In this document: in pieces, positions 51,470-61,115 of the stretch
How positions within the stretch are numbered: position 1 is the stretch's first letter
Layout: every line of letters begins with the position of its first letter
NCBI GenBank assembly: GCA_965222615.1
Contig: CBDCUI010000009.1
Location: forward strand, 544,001-608,000
Reading direction: 5' to 3'
Source: Gammaproteobacteria bacterium
Lineage (GTDB): Bacteria > Pseudomonadota > Gammaproteobacteria > UBA4575
DNA length: 64,000 bases
The notes under the pieces: generated by a model
Databases searched by the model: none
Told to the model about the DNA's origin: nothing
Seen by the model: the letters and a program-made list of their open reading frames with translations, nothing else
Made by a program: the position numbers and the translations under genes

Positions 51470-52849
51470 TTACTTTACTTGAGACAGCATCGTGTCTGTA
51501 GAGTTCGGCTTTTGAGAGTAGAGTGAATAAGCTCCAAATCGCATTTGATGTGCGCGTCCTAACTTTAACTCATAAAAGTCAACTTCAAACTCCAGCTCAA
51601 GTTTTTTACCATTCCACGTATACAGCTTCATAAACTGCTCATCTTGGTCACCGGTTTTATCCCAGTTACCCAATAAAGACGTTGTGTAATAGTTACGTTT
51701 GCCATCCCAACTTTGTGAGACCATATTTACTTGCGAACCAACTACATGCTCATAGGTTTGCTTGGGAGCAAATGGATCTGAAATATCAAAATAGCGAGTT
51801 TTGCCATCCATGAAGGTTTGCACCCAAAGACCTTGATCATCTGCAGTAATAGAGATATCAACCGGCAACGGAACTTTTGAAGGATCACCAATATCGGCAA
51901 CCGCTTTGGCCTGCCATTCACCTTCATCATCTTCATAAATTAACCAGATTTGTGAGGTTAAGGCAGTAGTAGTCAAACAATAGTTGTTATTCGCACCCCA
52001 AGCACAGCGAATTTCTAATGGAGCACCTGGCACATCCAAGACTTTCTTAGGTTTACGTGTATGTAAGTCCCAAACTACTACAGTATTACCAAAACGCTTC
52101 ATCGCCTCTTCATCTTGGAGCATTTTGCCGAAATCCATCATGTAGTTAGACCAGCCAGTAAAAGATGAAGTAACCATGATATTTCTACGAGGTAATGCTC
52201 GCACATCATAACCATAGCCATCAGCGAAATCCCCACCTTTCTCTGCACCTCTCAGATCTTCATCTGTTGGGTTCCAGTGTGCGGCAACAAAATCACCTTC
52301 ATTAGTAAACTCTGCAATACCAGTACGACCACCATGATCTACATTATTGGATAAAGCGCTGACCATAATACGGCCTGGCAATGCATACATCGTATGTGGA
52401 CCAACCATACCGCCAGTCTTTTCTACAAAATCGGTGATAACTTTATGTAATGTTGGTTTTCCTGGGTTGGTATGCACATCAAAAATGAAAATTTTGTTGC
52501 TGTCCAAACCACCAGCAAATAAATAACGCCGGTCATCCGTTAAACCTGAATGATGCGCTTCGTTACGGCCGCCTACTGAAAGGACGTTGACCACTTTTCC
52601 ATAATTTTTAGATTCAGGGTTTACGGAAATGGTAACAAGCTTATCTTGCTCATCCCCCAAACCTTCAACCCCTAATGTCCAGACATAGACATAATCTTCC
52701 TGTCCAACAATCTTTGCCATATAGGGGGACATACACGTCTCATCTGCCATTGCGGTTGAATGAAAACCAATTACTGATGCAAATGCAACACACACAAACG
52801 TGATTGCACTATGCATCCATTTGGCTCGTGAATTTGCCATTTTATTCAT
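51470..52849 (-). CDS. mtoX: Methanethiol oxidase (SELENBP1/SBP56 family)
   Basis: Signal peptide then DETC.SP; EAHH, GPHT, DGYGYD, SSFTGWSNY and GNWDK (the two TTQ tryptophans), PLPVDISI, GRAHQM; followed by sco and mauG. Confidence 0.93.
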   Translation of the reverse strand: MNKMANSRAKWMHSAITFVCVAFASVIGFHSTAMADETCMSPYMAKIVGQEDYVYVWTLGVEGLGDEQDKLVTISVNPESKNYGKVVNVLSVGGRNEAHHSGLTDDRRYLFAGGLDSNKIFIFDVHTNPGKPTLHKVITDFVEKTGGMVGPHTMYALPGRIMVSALSNNVDHGGRTGIAEFTNEGDFVAAHWNPTDEDLRGAEKGGDFADGYGYDVRALPRRNIMVTSSFTGWSNYMMDFGKMLQDEEAMKRFGNTVVVWDLHTRKPKKVLDVPGAPLEIRCAWGANNNYCLTTTALTSQIWLIYEDDEGEWQAKAVADIGDPSKVPLPVDISITADDQGLWVQTFMDGKTRYFDISDPFAPKQTYEHVVGSQVNMVSQSWDGKRNYYTTSLLGNWDKTGDQDEQFMKLYTWNGKKLELEFEVDFYELKLGRAHQMRFGAYSLYSQKPNSTDTMLSQVK

Positions 52850-53255
52850 AATCTTGTGACTCCATATCGTTTTTAGATTGATTAGACCTAAGGCCTATTC
52901 TTCTTTCTTTTTCAAACTCGCATCACACATACTAGCCAAATGGTATATCTGAAGTAATGATCCAAGTCAGCGAGAAATTGATTGCAACATTATGCCGCAT
53001 CTCCAAGACCAATCAAAGATCTATCATAATTAGCCAATCACTAGAAAAATCAATAGGCTAATTACATATTTATATAGACAAGTATTAGACAAAATTGATC
53101 TATATTTACAGACACAATACTTACCCTATATAAACTATTGAATTAGCAAAGCAATAAGGCTCAAATTCTCACATATTAGGAACTGATTTTACTGTCTCTC
53201 CTCTAAATGTTGAGTTTATGTAGAATCACGGTTATTGACAGGCACGGTTAGTTAG

Positions 53256-53819
53256 ATGCTTAAACTTTCCCTAAAGCTTTTGATTTGTATTGGTTTATTG
53301 GCCAGCTATTCGATTGCAAAAGATGACAAAGTAGGTGGCAATTTTGAATTGACCACTCATCTAAACGAACCTTATTCCTTAGCTAATTCAAAAGGCAAAG
53401 TAGTGCTCTTGTTTTTTGGCTTCACGCACTGTCCTGACGTATGCCCCAATACACTAAGTACCATACAAACCGTACTGAATCAGCTTGGTGATCAAGCTAA
53501 ATTAGTCCAACCTTTGTTTATCACAGTCGATCCTGAACGTGACAATCCTAAAATATTAAATGAATATTTGAAATATTTTAGTAATAATATCATTGGGTTA
53601 ACTGGAAAAATTGAGAATATAGATAAAGTTATCAAGCAATTCCGTGCTTTTTACTCATATGAAGGAAATGTTTCAGCAGGTGCTTATACCGTCGACCATA
53701 CTTCCAATCTTTACATTATTAATACAGACGGTGAAGTCGCCAATATCATGCAGTATGGCTTACCCCCTCAAGCAATTACCGATGCAGTGCGAAAATTATT
53801 GCCAAATTCTTCTAGTTAA
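53256..53819 (+). CDS. SCO1/SenC family protein
   Basis: FGFTHCPDVCP, ITVDPERD, YTVDHT. Confidence 0.93.
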   Translation: MLKLSLKLLICIGLLASYSIAKDDKVGGNFELTTHLNEPYSLANSKGKVVLLFFGFTHCPDVCPNTLSTIQTVLNQLGDQAKLVQPLFITVDPERDNPKILNEYLKYFSNNIIGLTGKIENIDKVIKQFRAFYSYEGNVSAGAYTVDHTSNLYIINTDGEVANIMQYGLPPQAITDAVRKLLPNSSS

Positions 53820-53960
53820 ATAAGTCAAATAATTACAACAAATAGCGACTTTTATCCAAGAAGTAGCCAGGCCCAAAAGGTGGTGAATGATAAGCACTTT
53901 CTACAAGCGGCTATGTAAGTATTTTCACGAACCCGATTACGAAGTACTTGGCAATAAAGA

Positions 53961-54362
53961 CTACTTATATTGAATGTAGGCAAAACGAGGATCTGCTGGG
54001 GTGCCTTCCAAATCTCCTTCTTCACTTCCTGGCTGCCACATGACTATTTCCTCAATTTTTTTAGCTAATTCAAAATCTTTATTAGTAACCCCTTTGGCTG
54101 CATGATTCATCAGTTTACATATCACAAAGGCATAAGATACCGTTAAGTCCGGGTGGTGAAACGCTGCTTCGGCTAAATGACCAATTGTGTTCACCACCAT
54201 TAAAGTGCCCTTCCAACTATGGGTTTTATACTTTCTGCGTATCCAGCCATTTTCATAGTACCAATTAGGTAATTCTTCGTTTAAACGCTCTTGTATTTGC
54301 TCTTCACTATAGGTCTGTTCTGATTTGATTTCGCGCCATTTTGACATGATCGCACTCTCCAA
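53961..54362 (-). CDS. Pterin-4-alpha-carbinolamine dehydratase family protein
   Basis: EAAFHHPDL catalytic motif, H..KGVTNKDFELA. Confidence 0.88.
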   Translation of the reverse strand: MESAIMSKWREIKSEQTYSEEQIQERLNEELPNWYYENGWIRRKYKTHSWKGTLMVVNTIGHLAEAAFHHPDLTVSYAFVICKLMNHAAKGVTNKDFELAKKIEEIVMWQPGSEEGDLEGTPADPRFAYIQYK

Positions 54363-54406
54363 GATATGGTTGTTAAATTATACCAATCTTTATCTTGGGC
54401 TAGCTA

Positions 54407-56134
54407 TTGATTAATAGCCTAAATAAAACAAGAACAATTAGGCGCAGACTTACTATGGATACAGAAGTTAAAACGCAAAGGAATAAATTGCGTGGCCAAA
54501 AGCGTGGTAGAGCGGTTGATGCATCTGCATTGAAGGAAGTACAAAACCTATTAAATTCTTTTCCTCTACGAAAAGACCTTCTAATTGAATATTTGCATTT
54601 AATTCAAGACAAGTATCATCAAATATCTACAAAACATATTGTTGCGCTTGCCCATGAGCTTAAATTAGCGCCTGCCGAAGTCTTTGAAGTGGCATCTTTT
54701 TACCACCATTTTGATGTAGCAAAAGACAATCAATCATCCATTCCTGATCTAACTATTCGCGTGTGTGATTCAATTACTTGTGAAATGTTTGGTGCCAATA
54801 CTCTGTATAACGAACTGCAAAAATTTTATGGCGAGAAAGTGCGTATCCAGCGTGTACCCTGTGTTGGGCGTTGCGCAAAAGCACCGATTGCTGTGGTAGG
54901 AAAAAATCCTATTGAACAAGCAAGATTAGAAACAGTTTGTGAGATTGTAGAAACTGACAATATTGAACCTAAAGTTTCAGATTACATTTCCTATAGTAAC
55001 TATGTGAACAGTGGTGGTTATCAATTAGTAAAGCGTTATTTTGATAGCTCGAATAGTGCTGAAAAAATAATAGAAATACTAAAAGACTCTGGTTTACGCG
55101 GTTTAGGTGGTGCCGGTTTCCCCGCAGGCACAAAATGGGAACTGGTGAGCCAACAACCAGAGCCTCACTTGCTTGCAGTTAATATTGATGAAGGCGAACC
55201 AGGAACATTTAAAGACCGTTACTTTTTAGAAAAAGATCCACATCGATTTATAGAAGGCGCATTAATTGCTGCTCATGCTGTAAAAATTGAGGAGATCTAT
55301 ATTTATCTACGTGATGAATATGCAGGCTGCTATACAATCCTGCAACATGAGTTAGACCAACTGAAAAAAGATCCTCCTTGCCAATTACCACATATAGAAC
55401 TGCGTCGTGGTGCAGGCGCTTACATATGTGGTGAAGAATCTGCCATGATCGAATCTATTGAAGGTAAACGCGGCATGCCTAGGTTACGTCCACCTTACGT
55501 AGCCCAAGTAGGACTATTTGGACGACCAACACTAGAACACAACTTAGAAACGTTGTTTTGGATTCGAGATATCCTAGAAAAAGGTGCGGATTGGTTTAAT
55601 TTACAGGGTCGTAATGGCCGCAAAGGAATGCGTTCTTATTCTGTAAGTGGACGTGTAAAAAAACCCGGTGTGTATGTAACGGATGCCGGAATTACGATTA
55701 ATGAACTTATCGAAGAACATTGCGGTGGAATGTTGGATGGTCATAACTTTTATGGGTATTTCCCAGGCGGTGCCTCTGGTGGAATTTTACCTGCATCCAT
55801 GGGAGATCTACCTTTAGATTTTGGCACTTTAGAAGAACACGGATGCTTTATTGGCTCTGCAGCAATTATTATTTTATCGGACAAAGATAGTGCGCGGGTT
55901 ACTGCTACTAATGCTATGCGATTCTTTGAACACGAATCCTGTGGGCAATGCACACCCTGTCGTGTTGGGACCGCAAAAGCTGTAGATTTAATGCAAAACG
56001 AAACATGGGATATAACACTATTGCAAGATCTTGCTACGGTTATGCGTGATGCTTCAATTTGTGGATTGGGACAAGCTGCACCTAATCCAATGGAAAGCGT
56101 AATTAAATTCTTTCCAGATGAACTTAATAAATAA
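54407..56134 (+). CDS. NAD-dependent formate dehydrogenase beta subunit (NuoE/NuoF-like fusion)
   Basis: CDSITC..CVGRC 2Fe-2S, GLRGLGGAGFPAG, DEGEPGTFKD, GAGAYICGEE, ESCGQCTPCR, SICGLG; probable start is the ATG at 54455. Confidence 0.9.
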   Translation: MINSLNKTRTIRRRLTMDTEVKTQRNKLRGQKRGRAVDASALKEVQNLLNSFPLRKDLLIEYLHLIQDKYHQISTKHIVALAHELKLAPAEVFEVASFYHHFDVAKDNQSSIPDLTIRVCDSITCEMFGANTLYNELQKFYGEKVRIQRVPCVGRCAKAPIAVVGKNPIEQARLETVCEIVETDNIEPKVSDYISYSNYVNSGGYQLVKRYFDSSNSAEKIIEILKDSGLRGLGGAGFPAGTKWELVSQQPEPHLLAVNIDEGEPGTFKDRYFLEKDPHRFIEGALIAAHAVKIEEIYIYLRDEYAGCYTILQHELDQLKKDPPCQLPHIELRRGAGAYICGEESAMIESIEGKRGMPRLRPPYVAQVGLFGRPTLEHNLETLFWIRDILEKGADWFNLQGRNGRKGMRSYSVSGRVKKPGVYVTDAGITINELIEEHCGGMLDGHNFYGYFPGGASGGILPASMGDLPLDFGTLEEHGCFIGSAAIIILSDKDSARVTATNAMRFFEHESCGQCTPCRVGTAKAVDLMQNETWDITLLQDLATVMRDASICGLGQAAPNPMESVIKFFPDELNK

Positions 56135-56151
56135 TAAAGTAAATTTATCAA

Positions 56152-58905
56152 ATGGCTGCTAACCCAGAACAACTGAGACAAGGACAAACCGTCGAATTTG
56201 AATTAAACGGAAAAACAATAACGGCTTCTCCCTATGAATCCATTCTTGAGGCAGCTAAACGCAACAACATTGATATCCCTCATCTTTGTTACAAATCGGG
56301 TTTGCGTGCCGACGGCAACTGTCGAGCTTGCATGGTCGAAATAGAAGGTGAACGAGTGTTACAACCTTCTTGTATACGTACCCCAACGCAAGGCATGGTG
56401 GTACACACAGATAATGAGCGTGCGACACTTTCGCAAAAATTGGTATTAGAATTATTGCAATCTGACATGGCTGAGCGTAAATACACGCTAAACAATGAGC
56501 TTGATCAATGGTCGCAAAAGCTAGATATTGGTCTACCGAGATTTAAACCTCGCACCCAACCTCAAGAAGATCTTTCACACCCTGCGATAGCAGTCAATTT
56601 AGACGCATGTATTCAATGTACACGTTGCCTACGCGCTTGTCGTGAAGAACAAAATAATGATGTCATCGGGTATGCCTGGCGTGGCTCACACTCACAAATC
56701 GTTTTTGATATTGAAGACCCAATGGGAGACAGCACCTGTGTAGCTTGTGGCGAATGTGTACAGGCGTGTCCAACAGGTGCATTGATGCCAAGTAATAATG
56801 TAGGTTTAGAAAAACCAGATCGCGCAGTTAACTCAACATGCCCTTATTGTGGAGTGGGTTGTTTACTTACTTACAATATAAAAGATGAAAAGATTATCTA
56901 TGTTGAAGGTCGAGATGGCCCAGCTAATCAAAGTCGTCTATGTGTAAAAGGTCGTTACGGATTTGACTACATCCATCATAAAGGTCGACTCACTAAACCG
57001 CTAATTCGTAAAGAAGGCGTACCGAAAACAACTGAAATCGAAAAACTCAATCGAGACAATATTCTGGATTATTTTCGTGAGGCTAGCTGGGATGAAGCAC
57101 TGAATTTCGCCGCAAAAGGTTTAGTACAAATACGAGATGAATCCGGTCCTAATGCCTTAGCCGGTTTTGGCTCTGCTAAAGGATCGAATGAAGAGGCTTA
57201 CTTATTTCAAAAGCTAGTACGCACTGGCTTTCGCACTAACAACGTAGACCATTGTACGCGTTTATGTCATGCATCTTCGGTTGCGGCTTTATTAGAAGGC
57301 ATCGGTTCGGGAGCAGTTTCAAATCCAGTCGAAGATGTTGCAGAAGCCGAAGTGATTTTGGTTATTGGATCAAATGCAACTGAAAATCATCCGGTTGCAG
57401 CTACCTTTATGAAGAATGCAACACGCAACGGTAAAACACTTATTGTCATGGATCCAAGGCGTACGGAACTCGCCCGCCATGCAGACTATTTTCTACAATT
57501 TAAACCGGATACAGACGTGGCGATGTTGAATGCCATCATGCATTCTATTATTAAGCAAGATTTAGTTGACAAAGACTTTATAAAAAATCGAACCGAAGGC
57601 TTTATCGAATTGGCCAAACATTTGCGTGACTATTCACCTGAACAAATGGAGAAAATCTGTGGCATCCCAGCCGACACGTTAAATGAAGTTGCCAAAGTCT
57701 ACGCTAGCTCTAAAGCTTCAATCATATTTTGGGGCATGGGCGTTTCTCAGCACATACATGGAACCGATAATGCACGTTGCTTAATTGCTCTATCGATGAT
57801 GACCGGACAAATTGGTCGTCGTGGTACCGGTTTACATCCACTACGCGGACAAAATAATGTTCAGGGTGCTTCGGATGTCGGACTAATTCCAATGGTATTT
57901 CCAGATTATCAACGCGTTGATGATCCAACGGCACATGAACGTTTTGAAACACTTTGGGACACCTCTTTAGATAACAAGCCTGGCTTAACCGTAGTTGAAA
58001 TCATGGACGCAATTACCAAGGGAGATCTACTAGGAATGTATATTATGGGTGAGAATCCGGCCATGTCGGACCCAAATCTAAACCATGCCCGTAAAGCTCT
58101 CGCCTCACTTAAACATTTAGTCGTGCAAGAAATCTTTATGACAGAAACTGCTTGGTTTGCAGATGTACTGTTACCGGCTTCGGCATTTCCTGAAAAAACG
58201 GGTACTTTTACTAATACAGATCGCCGCGTGCAGTTAGGAAGACAAGCTTTACTTCCCCCAGGTGATGCCAAACAAGATTTATGGATAGTTCAAGAAATTG
58301 CAAAGCGTATAGGTTTGGAAGATTGGAAGTACCATTATGCTTCAGATGTCTATAAAGAAATGCAACAAGGCATGGACAGTATAAGAGGATTATCGTGGGA
58401 AAGACTAGAACAAGAAGATTCTGTTACCTACCCTTGCGAAAATGAGGGTGATCCAGGTGAAAGTGTCATTTTTGTAGATAATTTTCCTACTGAAAATGGA
58501 TTAGGAAAATTTGTCCCTGCAAAATTTACCAATGCGAATGAATTACCTGATACAGAGTACCCATTTGTATTAATTACAGGGCGACAACTAGAACATTGGC
58601 ACACAGGCGCCATGACTAGACGTGCAACGATGCTTGATGCCATTGAACCAGTCCCAGTAGCCAACATAAATAGCAGTGATTTACAAAAAATTGGCGCTCA
58701 AGCAGGCGACAAAATTAAGCTAAGCTCACGTCGTGGCAGTGTCGAGTGTTTCGCACGTGAAGATAGAGGGCTAAATGATGGCCAAGTTTTCATGCCATTT
58801 TGTTATCACGAAGCAGCAGCCAACTTATTAACTACCGATGCTTTAGATCCGTTTGGAAAGATTCCAGAATTTAAGTTCTGTGCCTTGAAAGTCGAATGCG
58901 CTTGA
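56152..58905 (+). CDS. Formate dehydrogenase alpha subunit (Mo/W-bisPGD, Cys ligand)
   Basis: 2Fe-2S and 4Fe-4S motifs, CPYCGVGC, DHCTRLCHAS, LRGQNNVQGA, EKTGTFTN, KIPEFK. Confidence 0.95.
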   Translation: MAANPEQLRQGQTVEFELNGKTITASPYESILEAAKRNNIDIPHLCYKSGLRADGNCRACMVEIEGERVLQPSCIRTPTQGMVVHTDNERATLSQKLVLELLQSDMAERKYTLNNELDQWSQKLDIGLPRFKPRTQPQEDLSHPAIAVNLDACIQCTRCLRACREEQNNDVIGYAWRGSHSQIVFDIEDPMGDSTCVACGECVQACPTGALMPSNNVGLEKPDRAVNSTCPYCGVGCLLTYNIKDEKIIYVEGRDGPANQSRLCVKGRYGFDYIHHKGRLTKPLIRKEGVPKTTEIEKLNRDNILDYFREASWDEALNFAAKGLVQIRDESGPNALAGFGSAKGSNEEAYLFQKLVRTGFRTNNVDHCTRLCHASSVAALLEGIGSGAVSNPVEDVAEAEVILVIGSNATENHPVAATFMKNATRNGKTLIVMDPRRTELARHADYFLQFKPDTDVAMLNAIMHSIIKQDLVDKDFIKNRTEGFIELAKHLRDYSPEQMEKICGIPADTLNEVAKVYASSKASIIFWGMGVSQHIHGTDNARCLIALSMMTGQIGRRGTGLHPLRGQNNVQGASDVGLIPMVFPDYQRVDDPTAHERFETLWDTSLDNKPGLTVVEIMDAITKGDLLGMYIMGENPAMSDPNLNHARKALASLKHLVVQEIFMTETAWFADVLLPASAFPEKTGTFTNTDRRVQLGRQALLPPGDAKQDLWIVQEIAKRIGLEDWKYHYASDVYKEMQQGMDSIRGLSWERLEQEDSVTYPCENEGDPGESVIFVDNFPTENGLGKFVPAKFTNANELPDTEYPFVLITGRQLEHWHTGAMTRRATMLDAIEPVPVANINSSDLQKIGAQAGDKIKLSSRRGSVECFAREDRGLNDGQVFMPFCYHEAAANLLTTDALDPFGKIPEFKFCALKVECA

Positions 58906-59004
58906 TGCAGGAGCTTTAATACTTAATATAAAAAGATACTAACGATTTTCTTCTCATCTATTACGAGCAATGTCCATATATGTTTGCACTAAACACTAAG
59001 AGAT

Positions 59005-59035
59005 AAAAAAACAGCGAGTATTTACTCGCTGTTTT
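59005..59035. terminator. Bidirectional rho-independent terminator
   Basis: AAAACAGCGAGT-ATTT-ACTCGCTGTTTT between convergent genes. Confidence 0.85.
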
Positions 59036-59060
59036 CATTAGTTAAGACAAAAATATTTGA

Positions 59061-59516
59061 CTAGTTACCACATTTACCTTCACCACACTTGCCTTCTTTG
59101 CCTTTACTTCCACCGCATTTACCTTCGCCACACTTGCCTTCCCCACACTTACCTTCACCGCTTTTACCATTTATTTCTGCAGCAGTAAGCTCACCATCAT
59201 TATTCGCATCCATACTAGCAAAGCCATGATCCCATTCTGTCCAACTAATACTGCCGTCGCCATTTTTATCCATCATTTTAACAGCCAAATTTCCACCACA
59301 CTTACCTTCTCCGCATTTGCCTTCCCCACACTTTCCTTCTCCGCATTTGCCTTCTCCACACTTTCCTTCTTTACCCGCCACCATATAGCCAGAAGATAAT
59401 TCGGTCATTTGAAAAGGATTGTCGCCTGCATTTTCTGCACTGATACTAAAAGAACTGGTTGCAAGTACTGCCCCAACTGCAGCAACTAAAGGTTTTAATT
59501 CCGATTTGTGTTTCAT
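59061..59516 (-). CDS. EGKCG-repeat low-complexity protein (HvfA/bufferin-type precursor) with two EF-hand loops
   Basis: Signal peptide, NPF...L.SGY, ten EGKCG repeats in two blocks, DKNGDGSISWTE and DANNDGELTAAE loops. Confidence 0.82.
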   Translation of the reverse strand: MKHKSELKPLVAAVGAVLATSSFSISAENAGDNPFQMTELSSGYMVAGKEGKCGEGKCGEGKCGEGKCGEGKCGGNLAVKMMDKNGDGSISWTEWDHGFASMDANNDGELTAAEINGKSGEGKCGEGKCGEGKCGGSKGKEGKCGEGKCGN

Positions 59517-59708
59517 TTTATGTCTCCTGAAATTAGTAAGTTTGTTTTACTATTAAGTGGTATAGCTATTTGAGCATATAACACAAGATGTTTCACATTT
59601 AATTATATTAAAAAATGAAATAAAGAAATTTATTTATATTTGTAATGATTCGATGACAATCTGGGTCTTTATAAGAACTTCTGTAGACTCGTCTGTGTTT
59701 TCCAGTTA

Positions 59709-61115
59709 TTACTTGTTATGCGATATAAGATTCTCAGTAGAATCATCTGATAATAGAAACTCAATAATTTCACGCAGTTTATTGCCGCTTGCATCATGGC
59801 CACGTTGTCGAATCGTAGCGAATATTTTATTTAACCGACTTCTGATTTGGTCAGGAATATTTTCAGCAATATGTTGACTGGCTTCCGCTTCAATGACTAA
59901 TGACTCTCGCAAAGCATGATTTCGTTCAGAAACTAATTGATGATGCAAAATAGCCCGGCTGAGTAATACAAAAGGTAGATTAACGTCTCTAACCGGGCCA
60001 ACATTTATATTGCGATCGGTCAACGACTTACCCAATACTTTAAGCTTACCTAGTTTTTCTGAACCAAATAATGCTGATGCACCGCCAATCAGTGCACCCA
60101 AACCTGCACCTAACAGTAATGATGACCCACCGACCATTACATCGATTCCTAGTCCGGCTACTGCTCCTGATGCAGCTCCGCTGGTTACAATTTGAGACTT
60201 TGACAAACCAAATAATTCCGCGGTCTCCGATGAAAACAAATCTAAATTTAAAAACTCCATCATCGCTTCATCACGCTCTATATTTTGATGACGATAGATA
60301 TATTCAACTTCTTTACGTGCCTTTTGCTCTTGTTCACGCAGAGTATTTTTAAGTTTTTCACTCAGTTTTTCGATCACCGGTTCTGCATTGGCATCTTCGG
60401 CAATAGTTTTACTTTCCTTAGAGGTTAAAGCCTTAACTAATAAATTGGATATCACCTTAGCTGATCTTTTTCTTCTTTGAACTAAATCTGCTGTGAGCGC
60501 ATCGACAGCTCGTAATAAATGAGGTCGCCAATCTTCACTCAGTTCAGCAAAACTTCTCAGTAAAGCCATGCGTTTGCTGGCATCGGCACGCACTGCATCA
60601 AACACGCGTACAAGGGCAAAAAATTGATCCAATGCAGTACGCCATTCTTCAACGTAATCGCCTTCACTGATTAAGTTTATTAATGCCATGCGTGGTCGAC
60701 CTGTCCAACGCAAAATTTCCATTTCTGCTTCGTATTCAGTCCCATAAGGTTTTGAACCATCCACGACATATAAAATCCCTGCACCATCTAACAAAGGTTG
60801 CAGCAATTCGCACTCATCATGAAAGTTTTTATCGTTGCGGTGAGTCTCCACAAATCTTGCTACGGTTTGTGGTCGATCATCTGCACTGGTACTATTTTTT
60901 TCCAACCATGCAAGCACTTTGCGTGGGCGCTGAAAGCCTGGAGTATCAAATAACTCATACAGCACTTTATTTTTAATGCGCATGGGATACATTTGAGTTT
61001 CAACCGTCGTGCCGGGAATATTTGAGATTTGAATATCACTTGTTTCTACTAAAGTAGAAACGATGCTGCTTTTCCCTTTGTTTGGATGACCGACAACGGC
61101 AAACTTCGGAGTCAT
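59709..61115 (-). CDS. GTPase / DUF3482 domain protein
   Basis: GHPNKGKSS G1, PGTT G2, DTPG G3; glycine-rich hydrophobic hairpin (GAVAGLGIDVMVGGSSL). Confidence 0.85.
   Translation of the reverse strand: MTPKFAVVGHPNKGKSSIVSTLVETSDIQISNIPGTTVETQMYPMRIKNKVLYELFDTPGFQRPRKVLAWLEKNSTSADDRPQTVARFVETHRNDKNFHDECELLQPLLDGAGILYVVDGSKPYGTEYEAEMEILRWTGRPRMALINLISEGDYVEEWRTALDQFFALVRVFDAVRADASKRMALLRSFAELSEDWRPHLLRAVDALTADLVQRRKRSAKVISNLLVKALTSKESKTIAEDANAEPVIEKLSEKLKNTLREQEQKARKEVEYIYRHQNIERDEAMMEFLNLDLFSSETAELFGLSKSQIVTSGAASGAVAGLGIDVMVGGSSLLLGAGLGALIGGASALFGSEKLGKLKVLGKSLTDRNINVGPVRDVNLPFVLLSRAILHHQLVSERNHALRESLVIEAEASQHIAENIPDQIRSRLNKIFATIRQRGHDASGNKLREIIEFLLSDDSTENLISHNK

Noticed and set aside
52981-53000. 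Possible sigma54 promoter upstream of mtoX (minus strand CGGCATAATGTTGCA)
   Set aside because: The GG-to-GC spacing is 9 nt rather than the required 10; at most a weak RegA/PrrA-like box.
44665-58905. Selenocysteine in FwdB or the FDH alpha subunit
   Set aside because: Both ORFs are uninterrupted and have Cys at the catalytic position (VCHG, LCHA).
59070-59375. 15-bp periodic repeats that could be mistaken for a CRISPR array or VNTR
   Set aside because: They are codon-degenerate EGKCG protein repeats without unique spacers, and no cas genes are present.
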